Of a DNA stretch of 64,000 nt, positions 24,017 through 36,500 are shown piece after piece. Under the pieces are notes generated by a model. That model was not told where the DNA came from. It was given only the letters and a program-made list of their open reading frames with translations, and made no database searches. Position 1 is the first letter of the stretch. Each line of letters opens with the position of its first letter. The DNA comes from Antechinus flavipes (taxonomy: Eukaryota). The position numbers were made by a program, and so were the translations under genes. The DNA is taken from contig NC_067398.1 of NCBI RefSeq assembly GCF_016432865.1, positions 6,262,001-6,326,000 on the forward strand. The letters run 5' to 3'.

Positions 24017-27000
24017 NNNNNNNNNNNNNNNNNNNNNNNNNNNNNNNNNNNNNNNNNNNNNNNNNNNNNNNNNNNNNNNNNNNNNNNNNNNNNNNNNNNN
24101 NNNNNNNNNNNNNNNNNNNNNNNNNNNNNNNNNNNNNNNNNNNNNNNNNNNNNNNNNNNNNNNNNNNNNNNNNNNNNNNNNNNCTGAAAAAATGGAGTTC
24201 CTGTATCCTGGCAGCAGAGATTTCAGCTAGAAGGTCCCCTTCAGCTGCTCTGAGCATTGCCCACCCATCTCATTATACAGATGAGGGTCATTGAGGCTCC
24301 AAGAGATAAAGCCCCTTAGCCTTGACCCCGCCCAGGGGAACAGGGGATGGGGGTCACTTGCTGCCCCTGACTCTCTCCCTGGTGCCTTTTTCACTTTCCT
24401 CTTCTATTTTCTACATGAGCATCAGAAAACATCTGCCCTCCATTATTATGGCTGGTAGAAAACTTAAAAAAGCAAGGTACCTGGAGATAAAGCAGCCACG
24501 AGGAAGCCGGGAGTCCCTGGGTCCCTTTCTCCTGGGCTTTGGGCCCCCCCTTTTCCAGGAAAAGGCACCTGGGGCTTTGGGGCCTGCTCTCTTGGTGGTG
24601 GTGGTGGTTTGCTGTTTTTCTTCTCTGAGAAAATTCTCGGGATTATATTCTAAAGCAGTTCCAGAAATGGACTCCAGGCTACAGAACTGACAGGGGAGGG
24701 GGATATTTGGAGGGGATAGTCCAACTGTCAGAAATAGGAGGGGGGAGAAGCACATGGAAGGTGCTGCTGGCAATCTGTCCTGACGATTAAATGGGCATCC
24801 TCGTGGTGAGTGGGGACCTCGCTCCACACACACAGTGCAAGAGGGCGAATGCCCAGGGTCCATTGGGAGGCGAGGGAGTTCTTCCTGGTCTGGGGCCTTG
24901 ATGTCGCAGCAGCAGCTGGAAAGACTGAGCCCCTTTCGAGTGAGCGCTTTTCCCATATTCCTTGTTTCCATGATGCTCAAAAATCACTTGCTTCCCAGTC
25001 CAGCTGCCGGGTGCTGAGATCTCCTCTCGCCCCCGGCAGCAGGTGGCAAAGGGCACAGGAGCTAACACCAGCCTCAGGACCCCTGCAACACCCCTGAGTG
25101 TGGGTGAAAATATAGCTGGGAAATAGGGACCAGAACACACCGTGAGCGCCGGTCATGGTGATAGGTGGTTTCTAAGTCAATCTGTACGTGTCCAGTTGAG
25201 TGGCTCCCATTTCCATTTGACCTTGACATGGGGCTTGCAGTGAGGAAGCCTTGGGTTCAAATCTCCCTTCTCACGTTTCCTATCTTGGGGGCTCTGGGCC
25301 GGCCTCTTCCTCTCCCTGGGCCTCAGTGCCCCGCAGGGCAGTGCTGGAGTCCTTCTCCACTCTGAGGGAGGCAGCGATGGTGGGAGGAGAGGCGGTGGAC
25401 CTGGAATCAAACCAAACTCTATTATTCCCTAAACTGAGTGGTCCTAGTCAGTTCTCTTGAGCCCGTGATGCCGGCAAACAACGGACATCGGGCTTCAAAG
25501 ATGTTCGGTGAACAGATGACCAAGAAAGGCCAGATGTGGTCCTCTGACCCGTCTGATCAGAACTGACCTTTACTCAGGACCTGGGACTCCATCACTGGAG
25601 CTAACGGCCCTAGGGGTTCGTGATTATTCCCAGTTGTCCAATGAGAAGACTGAGGTTCAGAAGCATCATGTAGGATCCCAGCTCTCTTTAGCCATCTCTC
25701 AGGGGTGGAATGGGCAAGGTCCTTGGGGAGAATGGAGCACGCTTTGTATTCAGCCAACTGACTGCTTTTGGGGGAGACTTGTTCTTTTTGGATCATCTCC
25801 TGCTCCCTTCCCCCCAGCCTCCTTCCCATATCCCTTCCCCCACCTCTCCCCCTCCCCAATCCCTTCCCCCAGCCCTCTCCCCCTCCCCAATCCCTTCCCC
25901 CCATCCTTCCCTTCCAGAACAGGCAGCAGCAAGTCTGTGGGAATGAGCTGACTGAAACCAGGTGTACTTTCACATCCTGGGATGATTCCACGGCTACAGT
26001 TTCATGCTCTCAATTTCCTAGAGAAAGCAAAGCAAGCCGGTGCCCTTTGGCTGGTCTGTTTGAGCAGCTCCCGTCTCTGGGCCTTTCCATTGACACCCCG
26101 CAGTGGTTAGGATTTCAGAGCCGGGGCAGACAGAAGGGAGCTTGTTATGGGCAGAGCTGGCATTCCCACACGGAGGGGCGGGGGAGGGCATTGGGGGGGA
26201 TCAGCTAGCAAGCTCCTCTGTCCATGGCATGGGCAGACCAGCCCATCGATCAGTCTGTCTCTACCCGTGGGGTTTTGTTCATGCTCCATCCTAAAGCCGG
26301 GAGCTCAGCCTTCGTGGCTGTCCTTCCCTTTGTGGAAGAACATCCTGGCGCTCCTCCCCAAAAGCAGAGGAACATTACTTATTATTTTATTTAAATAGAT
26401 TTACTCTATTAGAATGTAAAATAGCTTCATAAAATTATGACAGTGGCTCCCAGGGGCAACGAACGAGGCAGCCTCACACTCCCTGACTCCCCCCGCCCCA
26501 TCAATTAGACTGTAAGGTGCGCCAGGGTGTTCCTTTGTCTGGTCCCCAGATCTCCTACAACCAGAATTATATCCAGTGCGGAGAGTGTTAAAGTGGGTGA
26601 AAACCACCACAAATAGGGGCCCTTCTGCCGCAGGGAGGGCGAGACCAGCCAGATGTTCGATATTGGGACCGTTGCCCTGGAGCGAGCCCCGAGTGGGGCT
26701 GACTTTCTGTGAGCTGTATGGGGCACAAAAGTGGGGTACAGGGACCATTGCCTAGGACTTTTTCTCAGATTTAGACCATGGAAGTGTGGCTAACAGACTC
26801 TCCCCAAGACCGGTAGGCACCCCCTGCCCTCTCTGCCAATGGCTTTCTCTTAACTTTGTCGACATTTTGTGTTGATGGAAGGGGAACCTGTTGCTCCCCC
26901 ATTTCCCCGAGGAGAATGTATGCCCCTTGAGGGCAGAGGCAGTTCCTAATTTCATCTTTATCTTCTCCCTAGTGCCCAGTGCAGTGCCAAGCAGTGCCCA

Positions 27001-27270
27001 AATGCTTGCTGAAATAAGTTAATTTGAACCTAATTGAAGGTGGACAGAAAGATGGCATGTATGCTTATAGAACCGTACCTGTCATCTACGTGGGGGGGTG
27101 GGTTGCAGGACACTTCCCTTACAACAGCTGAGGAGGGGGCAGTGCCAACTTATCGCCCTTTTACCACTGAACAAACTGAGGCTAAGCCCTTAGTCATGAG
27201 TCTACAGCCAGCATCGGAGGCAAGAACTGAGCTCTCTCCCGATTTCAAGGCCTGTCTTGTTAATTCTCCC

Positions 27271-27510
27271 ACAGTGGTTCTCCAACACTTCTCCAATCTT
27301 AAGAAGGACCAAAGACCCCCCTCCCAACGAGTTTTTGTTGTAGTGCGTTCCATCCAGCACTTTTTATTTTTACTTTTATTTCTTTTAAACTTTTTTTTAA
27401 CTTTTACTATTTTATTTAAATAGATTTATGCTATTAGAATGTAAAATAGCCTCATAGAATTATGAAAATCATTTTGACCTTGGGATCCCCTGAAAAAGTC
27501 TCCTGGATGG
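27271..27510. mobile_element. Degenerate hAT-Charlie-type MITE
   Basis: Starts with a CAGTGGTTCTC terminal-repeat-like motif. Internal gatttatgctattagaatgtaaaat and ttttgaccttgggatcccctgaaaaagtctc resemble MER-type Charlie MITEs; family not determined. Confidence 0.4.
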
Positions 27511-28390
27511 CACTTAGGAACGTGTATCTCCACGGATTGTGATCGTCTCTGCTCCTAGACACACAATTCTCTGTGAATGGAAGGGTAGCGCGGATACTCA
27601 CAATGTTGTCACATGTATGCGTTACAGCCACAGCTATTTACACACATGTCACACCCATGGGTACGCTATGTTATATGTGTAAATGCAGAGATGTGTCCCA
27701 CATGTCTAGCTCTGTATAGATGCCTTTTAAACATATAACATGCGTGTTCATGGATGGTCCGTGTACGTGAGTGCGATCCCCATCGCAAATCCACATGTGA
27801 TAACATAACACATGTATACATGTGGTTTCCTCATCGGGATGCTCTTCCAAGTTCTGGTTTTACGCTGAGGTTCTATTTGTAGGGGGTTGGGGTGGGAAGG
27901 GATTAATCTAGACCTGTGATTTCATTCGTGTGGCAAGTGCCTGCGTCCAGATTGGTGACACAAAAGTTTGCCGAGGACTTAAGTGACTGGCCCAGTCTCC
28001 AGTCAGATGGTGTCAGAGGAGGGATTTGACCGTGGCGGCTCCGAGCTCCAATGGCGTCCTCTATCCGATGGGCTCGGCTTGTCAGGCAGGGCGCGTTCTA
28101 CAGATGAAGGAGGGCATTTGTATGTGAAAGGATCCATCGAGAATCAAAATGGGGGGTATTTTCAGGAGCAGGATTTCGAGCCATGTTTGATCCCCGAGAA
28201 GAAGTCTAGATAAACAGAGTGAGACGACAACAGAAAATGTCGATCTTGCCGTGAAGCACCTGTTTGTGGAGTCCCACATCCATGTGTGCTCGGATACTTG
28301 TCTGTGCTTGTTTAAGGATGGGGAGCTTTACTTTGCCCAATGGGGGACAGCAGGGCTTGAGTCGCGGCCTCAGATTCGGGTCCCAGGTCT

Positions 28391-28510
28391 CTTTTTCCCT
28401 TAATTTAACATTTTATGTTTTCCCCAGTTACATGTGAACACGTATTTTTAACATCCTATAAAAACATCTTGCGCTCCCCATTCTCTCTTCTGGTCGCCGC
28501 TCTTCCATTT
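28391..28510 (-). mobile_element. Old marsupial-type L1 3' end fragment
   Basis: ttttccccagttacatgtgaacacgtatttttaacat, same type as 6965-7125. Confidence 0.5.
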
Positions 28511-28575
28511 GCTCCCATGACATTAAGCAATCACCCCACTTCTGGTGGCCTTTGGTTGCCCTTTCTTGTCCTTAA

Positions 28576-29577
<1,002 letters not shown>

Positions 29578-29722
29578 GCCCTCCCCGGCCTGCCAGATGG
29601 AGGGGCCCCTGGGGCTGGGGGGTGACGGACGGACAAGGGAGAGACGCAGGAGACAGTGGAAAGGCCATGAACGACAAGACACAAGAGCCTCCTTTGGGAT
29701 GGAGTTTCTCCGGGAAACTTTA

Positions 29723-29728
29723 AATAAA
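29723..29728 (+). terminator. Candidate proximal polyadenylation signal AATAAA
   Basis: Hexamer 146 nt after the stop. No U/GU-rich downstream element, so probably weak. Confidence 0.3.
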
Positions 29729-30232
29729 ATCAGCCGAAGACATATGAAGGAAACATGCAGACCCTCATAAGCCCGGGGCAGGGAAGAAGCAGGGGAAGGA
29801 GCTGGGGACTGTGGAGGGGAGGAAGAAGAGGGGATTCCCTCTCCTCCCTTCTTCCTAGGGAGAACCGACTGGCTACTTGGGTGGTGGACGCACGGCAGCC
29901 TCGGCCCTTTCCCCCGCCCTCTCAGCACCAGCCCTGAGGTCAGCTCCCCCAGCTTGTCAGTACCGTGGATCCCCCCATTCCCAAGAGCATCCCGAGAGCC
30001 ATGGAGCGGAGCAGAGCTAGGGTCGGTGTCCCGGTTGGCCGAGGCCACGGGGTGTCCACCTGCCTGCGGGAGATGGACATAGAGATGTGTATCGGGGTGT
30101 ATACACATCTCTATGTGGAGATCTCCGAGCAGACCAGGGCCCGATGAGATCCGTAGCCGTGTCTGCACCCACTGCCTACGGCAAGGGAAGGAGAAGGGAG
30201 TACCCCTGGTACGCAGGGGGTGACACCTTGTC

Positions 30233-30265
<33 letters not shown>

Positions 30266-31744
30266 CAAGGATGTGGGAGAGATGAAAGAACAAAGGAAGG
30301 AAAAATACCAAGTAACATTTCGTTAAGGTGCTCAAGATTCTAGAACTATGNNNNNNNNNNNNNNNNNNNNNNNNNNNNNNNNNNNNNNNNNNNNNNNNNN
30401 NNNNNNNNNNNNNNNNNNNNNNNNNNNNNNNNNNNNNNNNNNNNNNNNNNNNNNNNNNNNNNNNNNNNNNNNNNNNNNNNNNNNNNNNNNNNNNNNNNNN
30501 NNNNNNNNNNNNNNNNAAGGAAAGCTGTTTGATCCAAACAGTTCTATCTTTTGTAAATGTTGTTGTTATTGTTGTTGTTGTTTATTGTTTACTATTTGCA
30601 CTATGATGATGTTTGACTTGTCTAATCCTTATTTAACAAGTATTTTCGGGGTGGGGTGGGGGTGGGGGGCGAAGAGCTGCACTTAATGTGAGCTATAGAA
30701 GAACTGCTAGCGCACACAAAATAGCTATTTTTATTATTATAATTCTAATTATTGTTATTATTATTTTGTACCTTACAAATGAATAGACACGTACACCAAA
30801 GACATTTGTGTGAGCCTTTAAACAGTCTGTTTGTGATGGGGATCATTCCGAGGTGACAGGTCAGGCTTCCGGTGGAAGGGGCAGTGAGGTGGATGGGAAT
30901 GGGCGCCGAGGGACACCTTCCAGCTTGACCTGGCTCCTCCGCAGCCCAGCCAGGAAACAGGGGACATTTCTTGCTGGACGTGCAGTAGTTGTACACTGTT
31001 GGAAATCAGATTCATGAAGCGGTATATGTGCGTGCGCACCTGTCCGTCTCTGTGCGTGCAAGTAATATGCACTCACGCGCGTGTGCACGCGCAGTACACA
31101 CACACATACATGCACACCCGTGTAGACACGCCCCGTGTGTATGTAGACCTACATTGTATCATGTCCATATATATTTTCAGAACTTCAGGCTGTCGTTTTT
31201 AATGTTCCTAAAATAATGAATGTTTGTGTGCAAAACACAGTATTTTTAAAGAGGGTGTGATTTTATTTTTGCTTTCTCTTTGGATTGTCTGGGGATCCAT
31301 TGAACATTTATATTGAAACTGAGCTCGAAACGCCTGTGACTCTTCCAGAAGGCCCTCTCTAAAGTCCCTTGGGATCCTGTGCCTCCTCGGGGCTCCTCTT
31401 TCCCCCAGCTGACCCCCACCTGTCAGCCCCCACAGGTGAGAACGGGGGAGCTTTGGTAGCGAGAATCCTTGGTCAATGGCAGCTTTCGGTCACAAATGGG
31501 CCATCAGAGACTCGCTGTGAAGGTCCCGGCTCCTGGAAAACAACTGGGCCGTTAGCAACCTGCAAGCCAATGATCACTGGTATTGGTGAAAGGATTCCTA
31601 CAGAATTTTTTTTTTTGGTCAAACTGTCAAAAAAGTTGGGATAAGAAGAGAAAAATTAGTCAAGTGGAGAGAGGTGGGGGGGAGGCAGGGGAAGGGGGAC
31701 AGGGGTTTAACCCCTTGATTTTTTATTTGTATCTTCAGCCAAAA

Positions 31745-31765
31745 CTTTATGTATGTGTGAGTGTA

Positions 31766-31802
<37 letters not shown>
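31745..31802. repeat. (GT)n microsatellite in the 3' UTR
   Basis: Seen directly. Confidence 0.9.
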
Positions 31803-31804
<2 letters not shown>

Positions 31805-33699
31805 CTGTCTATGTTTCTTTGTATTAACTGAGATGCAAAAAAAAAAAAAAGAAAAAAAATCTTTTGTTTTATAAATATCAAAGTCCATGATTATAGCTAA
31901 GTTTTCTTTAATTTATTCCACAATATTTAGCTTGCCTAGTATCGCTATGGGTTATTCATGTATGTGCTTTTTTTTATACAGATATAAATTTTTTTTTACA
32001 GACTTGTTTGCAAATTGCAAAAAGAAAAAAAAAACAATCTTGGGACAATTTGCTAATAATTGGGTAAAAATTAAATTCGTCACTAAAATGTTTTGTAAAG
32101 TATTAAGGCTTTCCAAACCTTGTCAATCTGGAGGATTCTTTATATATGTATATTTATATAAATACATGTATATGTGTGTATATTCATATACATATATAAT
32201 TATACATGCAGGTGTGTATACACACGTGTATATTCACACATGCACATACATACACATACGGGGGTATCGGATACCAGTGGGGGAGAGACAAAACTGTACC
32301 AAAGATAGATAGAGCAGCTGTCCTGGCAGAGTCTATGTGGTGACTGCACCCTCACACTTGTTGGCAGGGAAGGTAAGGCTAGGTTTCTGTGTGGGAGGAT
32401 GGCCACTGCGTAGCAAAGGAGGAGAAGGTGGAAACAGGCAGGGCTTCTGAGCTCTTCCCCGTTTCTCTTTGCTAGGACATCTCTACCGCGTCAAGGCCGA
32501 GCAGGAGAGAGGGTGAGAATTCAATTTATTACCGAGTCCCAAATTTTCTTAAAATTCTATGGAAAGATTTAGGATCTGCACCGACTGTGGTGGTGAGGGG
32601 CATTAAAATTAGGCAAAAGGAAACCAGTTCTATTTCGTTTCGGAGAACAGGTGGGGTTCCAGCCAAAGAAACTGGGCAAGGCTGGCACCTTCATAAGGGA
32701 CCAAGTGGAGAAAAGAGAAGGGGGAAATGGTAGTTGGTACCTGCTTTTATTTCTAACCTGAAAAGCTCATCTCCTAAGTGAACTAAAGACAATCCGTGAA
32801 GTTATTAGCCAAGGGAGGATGGGATGGAACGGTGAATAATATAACAGGAAGCAAAGAGAGATGAAAACCTATTTGATTTGATGATTAAAAAATGAAACCC
32901 AGAAACAGAGACATGCCTATTTCTAGAAAGACAATCAATAGACACACACACACATTCACACAGATTTTAATTTGATGGTCCATGGGCTAATTAGAAATCT
33001 TTGCCATTTTTAATATATTTTTTTGGGGGACACATGAGGTTCTGTGCTTGTGCTAACCTTTTTAAATAGCTGATTTCTAAGTATGAGTCCAGTTCGTTTT
33101 ATGCAGTTTGATTCCATCTGAACTTGGTTTTTCTTGATGCTGTCTCATTGTTGTCCTTACGATACTTTCTGAGAATTCTATCTATGAATAGATCACATAC
33201 ACATATATGTGTCTGTCTATGTATATATACATACATGCACACATAGTGTGTATATATATACCCCCACATATGTAGATGAGTATATAAACTCAAACCACTT
33301 TATATATGTTATATATATATATTTATTTACATCTATCTAATGGTGTAGTTCACCTTTCTCTTAGGGAACTAAAATTTGGAGGAACCCAATGAAATCATTC
33401 TGATGCCTTGAAAACTCTTTTGCATCCAATGCCTGTTTAGGAAAACGGGGAGATATTGCTAGGGGATACGGTAGTTATCTGTGACTGTTTTGACAGTGCC
33501 CCCTTACAAGTCTAGCCAAGCCTTTTTCAGATGCTGACTTGAGATCGCTTTACTTGCCTGTAAAAAGTAACTGTATGGCCGTGCCCTGAGGATTGAATCC
33601 CGTACTCTCTTCCCTAGAGGCTCTCCTGGGCTCTACTGAGAGTGAAAAGGAGTTTGTCCTCTTTTGGGGCAATGGAAAAGGAACTAGATCTTGTGTCAA

Positions 33700-33855
33700 A
33701 ATGCTTGGGTTCAGAAGTTTACTGTCCTATGGCTACCTGTGTGACTCTGAGCAAGTCACTTTATTATTCCACTGGGCCTCAGTTTACTCATCTGTAAAAC
33801 GAGGTTACATTCGCCAGCCTCTGAGGGTTCTTCTTGATTTAGATCTAAGATCCTA
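33700..33855 (+). mobile_element. CORE-SINE fragment inside the 3' UTR
   Basis: gggttcaga...ctctgagcaagtcact...ggcctcagtttactcatctgtaaaa. Confidence 0.65.
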
Positions 33856-34745
33856 AGCAAGGTATGAGCTGGAGTCTCCACCCCCTCTGAGGTTCCAATT
33901 TGTACTGAACTTGGATTCCAATCATCCATCTCCCTGTAAACGCCTCCCTCCCTGTGGGCTTCCTGGCATCCTTCCTCTTTGATGTCAAAAAATGAGTCAC
34001 CCCCAAAACCTACACATAGAATGAAAACTTGAAGATGTGGGCAGGAGGGCCGGGGGAGGGAGTTGTATGGGTTTAAATTAAACCCTGTATCTTGGAGGAG
34101 CTGTTGTGTAGGTCAAAGAAAATGAATGGTTAGAAGTCCCCATCTCCATGGGCAGAGACAAACACCGCTTGGGCTATATTTGCTCATTTGCTCGCTCTTT
34201 TAGATTTCAAGTGAATATTGTGTTTTTGTTTTTGGTTGTTTTTTTTTTCTGGATTCATCCCCTCCCTCATTTCCCCCTTCTATTTAAATGCTTGGAAAAC
34301 AAGATATTGACAATGGTTTAACTATTTTTTTCTTTAAAAAAGAAACATCATCCGAAAGCCAAGATATCCTAAAGCCTGTTTGGTTTAAACATGCTTGTGC
34401 TCTGTGGTTGCTGTTGTTTTATTTTGTCTATTTGTTTGGTTCGGGGGCCTGCGCATCCCCCTAGCAGTGCTTTAACTAATTAAGTTGTTAATTTATATGA
34501 GTGCATTTCAACTATGTCAATGGTTTCTGAATATTTATTGTATAGAAGGACTGGTAATTTTTTTTTATTTACAATATGTTTAAAGAGATAACAGTTTGAT
34601 ATGTTTTCATCTGTTTATTGTAGAAGTTATTTATTTTCATGGCATTCCATCTGATGTTCGGATATTTGGAAGACATGCGATCTCTACTTTGTACAGTTAG
34701 GGGACAATATTCATCAGCTCCTGATAGCTTCTTTGCCTTATGTTA

Positions 34746-34751
34746 AATAAA
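34746..34751 (+). terminator. Distal polyadenylation signal AATAAA
   Basis: AATAAA with upstream TGTA (TTTGTACAG ~34688-34696) and a downstream U/GU-rich tract (CTGTTTGGCCTTTATCGTTTATTCGTATTTCT). Confidence 0.7.
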
Positions 34752-35874
34752 AAAAGACCTGTTTGGCCTTTATCGTTTATTCGTATTTCTATCTTAACTG
34801 TTATGATTGGCTTCCTGTGGGTATTGGGGCATATATAATCAGATGCATTGTCACCCTGGATAATAACTCACTTCTTGATAAGAGAGAAAGGGGGGAAAGA
34901 AAGAGAGAGAGAACGAACGAATGAATCAGAAAGAATGATAGGATGAAAAGGTAATGGAGAACATAATGAGAATTAAGAATTAAAAAAATTAAGAAAAAAA
35001 GATTGAAAGAGTGAGAGAAATGAAATCAAAGGAAAGAAATAAGAGAATGAATAAAAATCAGAGGAAATCCAATGAAAAATGGGAGGGAGACAGACATGTT
35101 CATTCAAATAGCTGGATGAATGGGCAGACAAGAGAGCACCCAACAAATCCCCTTTGGAACTAATGCTCTAAAGAGCCAGCCAGGTAGAACCAGTAGGGAC
35201 TATGTTTGCTCCAGTGATCTGGGAAATTGGCTAAATTAGTTTAAGCTAGTTATGGTTTTGTTTTATTCATTTTCTTCATTTTGCCCTTTTTCAACACCAA
35301 TGGAAACAACACAAGCGAATTACATGATTATTAAACAAAAGATATTTCTTTCATCATTCTGCCATTGATCTTTTCTACAAATGGCTGAATCAGAAATTAA
35401 GAATATGAGGTATCACAATAAGGCAGAAGGGGTTCCAGCCCCACTTTATCCTAAAGAAGTCAGAAATTGCTCCTCTCAGCTCATTGAGATAAGGTTTTTC
35501 TAAATATAAGAAGTTCAGTACAAGTTTGAATCTGGGAGAATAAAGAATCCTTGCAAGCTTTGGGGATGTCTGAGCTGAAAAAATAAGACCATTCTTGTCT
35601 CTACTGTTGAATACCCCCCCACATATATATGTATACACACACATCTATATATATATTAGAATATCCACTAGTCATGGGGAAGAAGTATAGCTTCCAAACC
35701 AGAAGCCTGGCTGGATTACTGTCTCTGGTCCTCCATAGAGGAGGATGCTATTGTACAAATGGTCCTAGTTCTCTCACTTCTATTTCTACATCTGATCTGT
35801 GGCCCACATTCTTCTCACCAACTCCACACCCCAGAACTCCTCCAAGGACCCTGCCTCTGTCCCTGGAGCAGATA

Positions 35875-36116
35875 ATCCATTGAGTTTTTTTAATAGCTTT
35901 TTATTTACAAGATATATGCATGGGTAATTTTACAGCATTGACAATTGCCAAACCTCCCACTCCGATTTTTCCCCTCCTTCCCCCCACCCCCTCCCCCAGA
36001 TGGCAGGTTGACCAATACATGTTAAATATGTTAAAGTATAAATTAAATACAATATAAGTATACATGTTCAAACAGTTATTTTGCTGTCCAAAAAGAATCA
36101 TCATCCACTGAGTTTT
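35875..36116 (-). mobile_element. 5'-truncated young L1 3' end (~214 nt) with 14-bp target-site duplication
   Basis: ttttttaatagctttttatttacaagatatatgcatgggtaatttt...cccagatggcaggttgaccaatacatg... flanked by ATCCATTGAGTTTT (35875-35888) and ATCCACTGAGTTTT (36103-36116). The target reads TTTT/AAAA on the minus strand, the L1 endonuclease consensus. Confidence 0.85.
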
Positions 36117-36379
36117 AAAAATCTTCTTTGGGCTTGAGATGTCCCTCCAGAGCCACCAACCCAAATCTTCCTCCTAGACTTTTTGGACTCCTATGCCCAA
36201 GCGTGGCAACTTCTCCATTTTCCCTTTGCTTTGTCTTCTTCCTCAGGAAATGATATTCAAGTCAATGTGAGAAAAGAATACCGATTGACTTGTGTTCCCC
36301 TTCCCTTCTCTGTGGCTCCTCATACAAAAAAGCCCTTTTCTGGCTACTGTTCCCCCAGGCATTTAGAAGTTGTGTGTTA

Positions 36380-36500
36380 GGAGCTCACTGAAGGGTAGGA
36401 ACAGTCTCACTTTCGTATTTGCATCCACAGCCCTTTAAACCATTCCTGGAACAAGGAGGCACTTAATAAATTCTTTTTCCTTCATTCAGTCAGTCATTTA
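36380..36500 (+). mobile_element. L2 3' end
   Basis: gaagggtaggaacagtctc...tttgcatcc...ggcacttaataaat. Confidence 0.6.

Larger units (their letters stand above)
29578..34770 (+). other. INHBA: Long 3' UTR of INHBA (~5.2 kb) with AU-rich blocks
   Basis: UTR-like AU-rich blocks at ~30520-30840, 31180-31300, 31860-32150 and 34200-34760, ending at a full poly(A) signal set. Long INHBA 3' UTRs are known in eutherians. End coordinate approximate. Confidence 0.7.

Noticed and set aside
32140-33320. Short palindromes in (TA/CA/TG) tracts, e.g. GTGTGTATACACAC at 32212-32225
   Set aside because: Expected by-products of alternating microsatellites.
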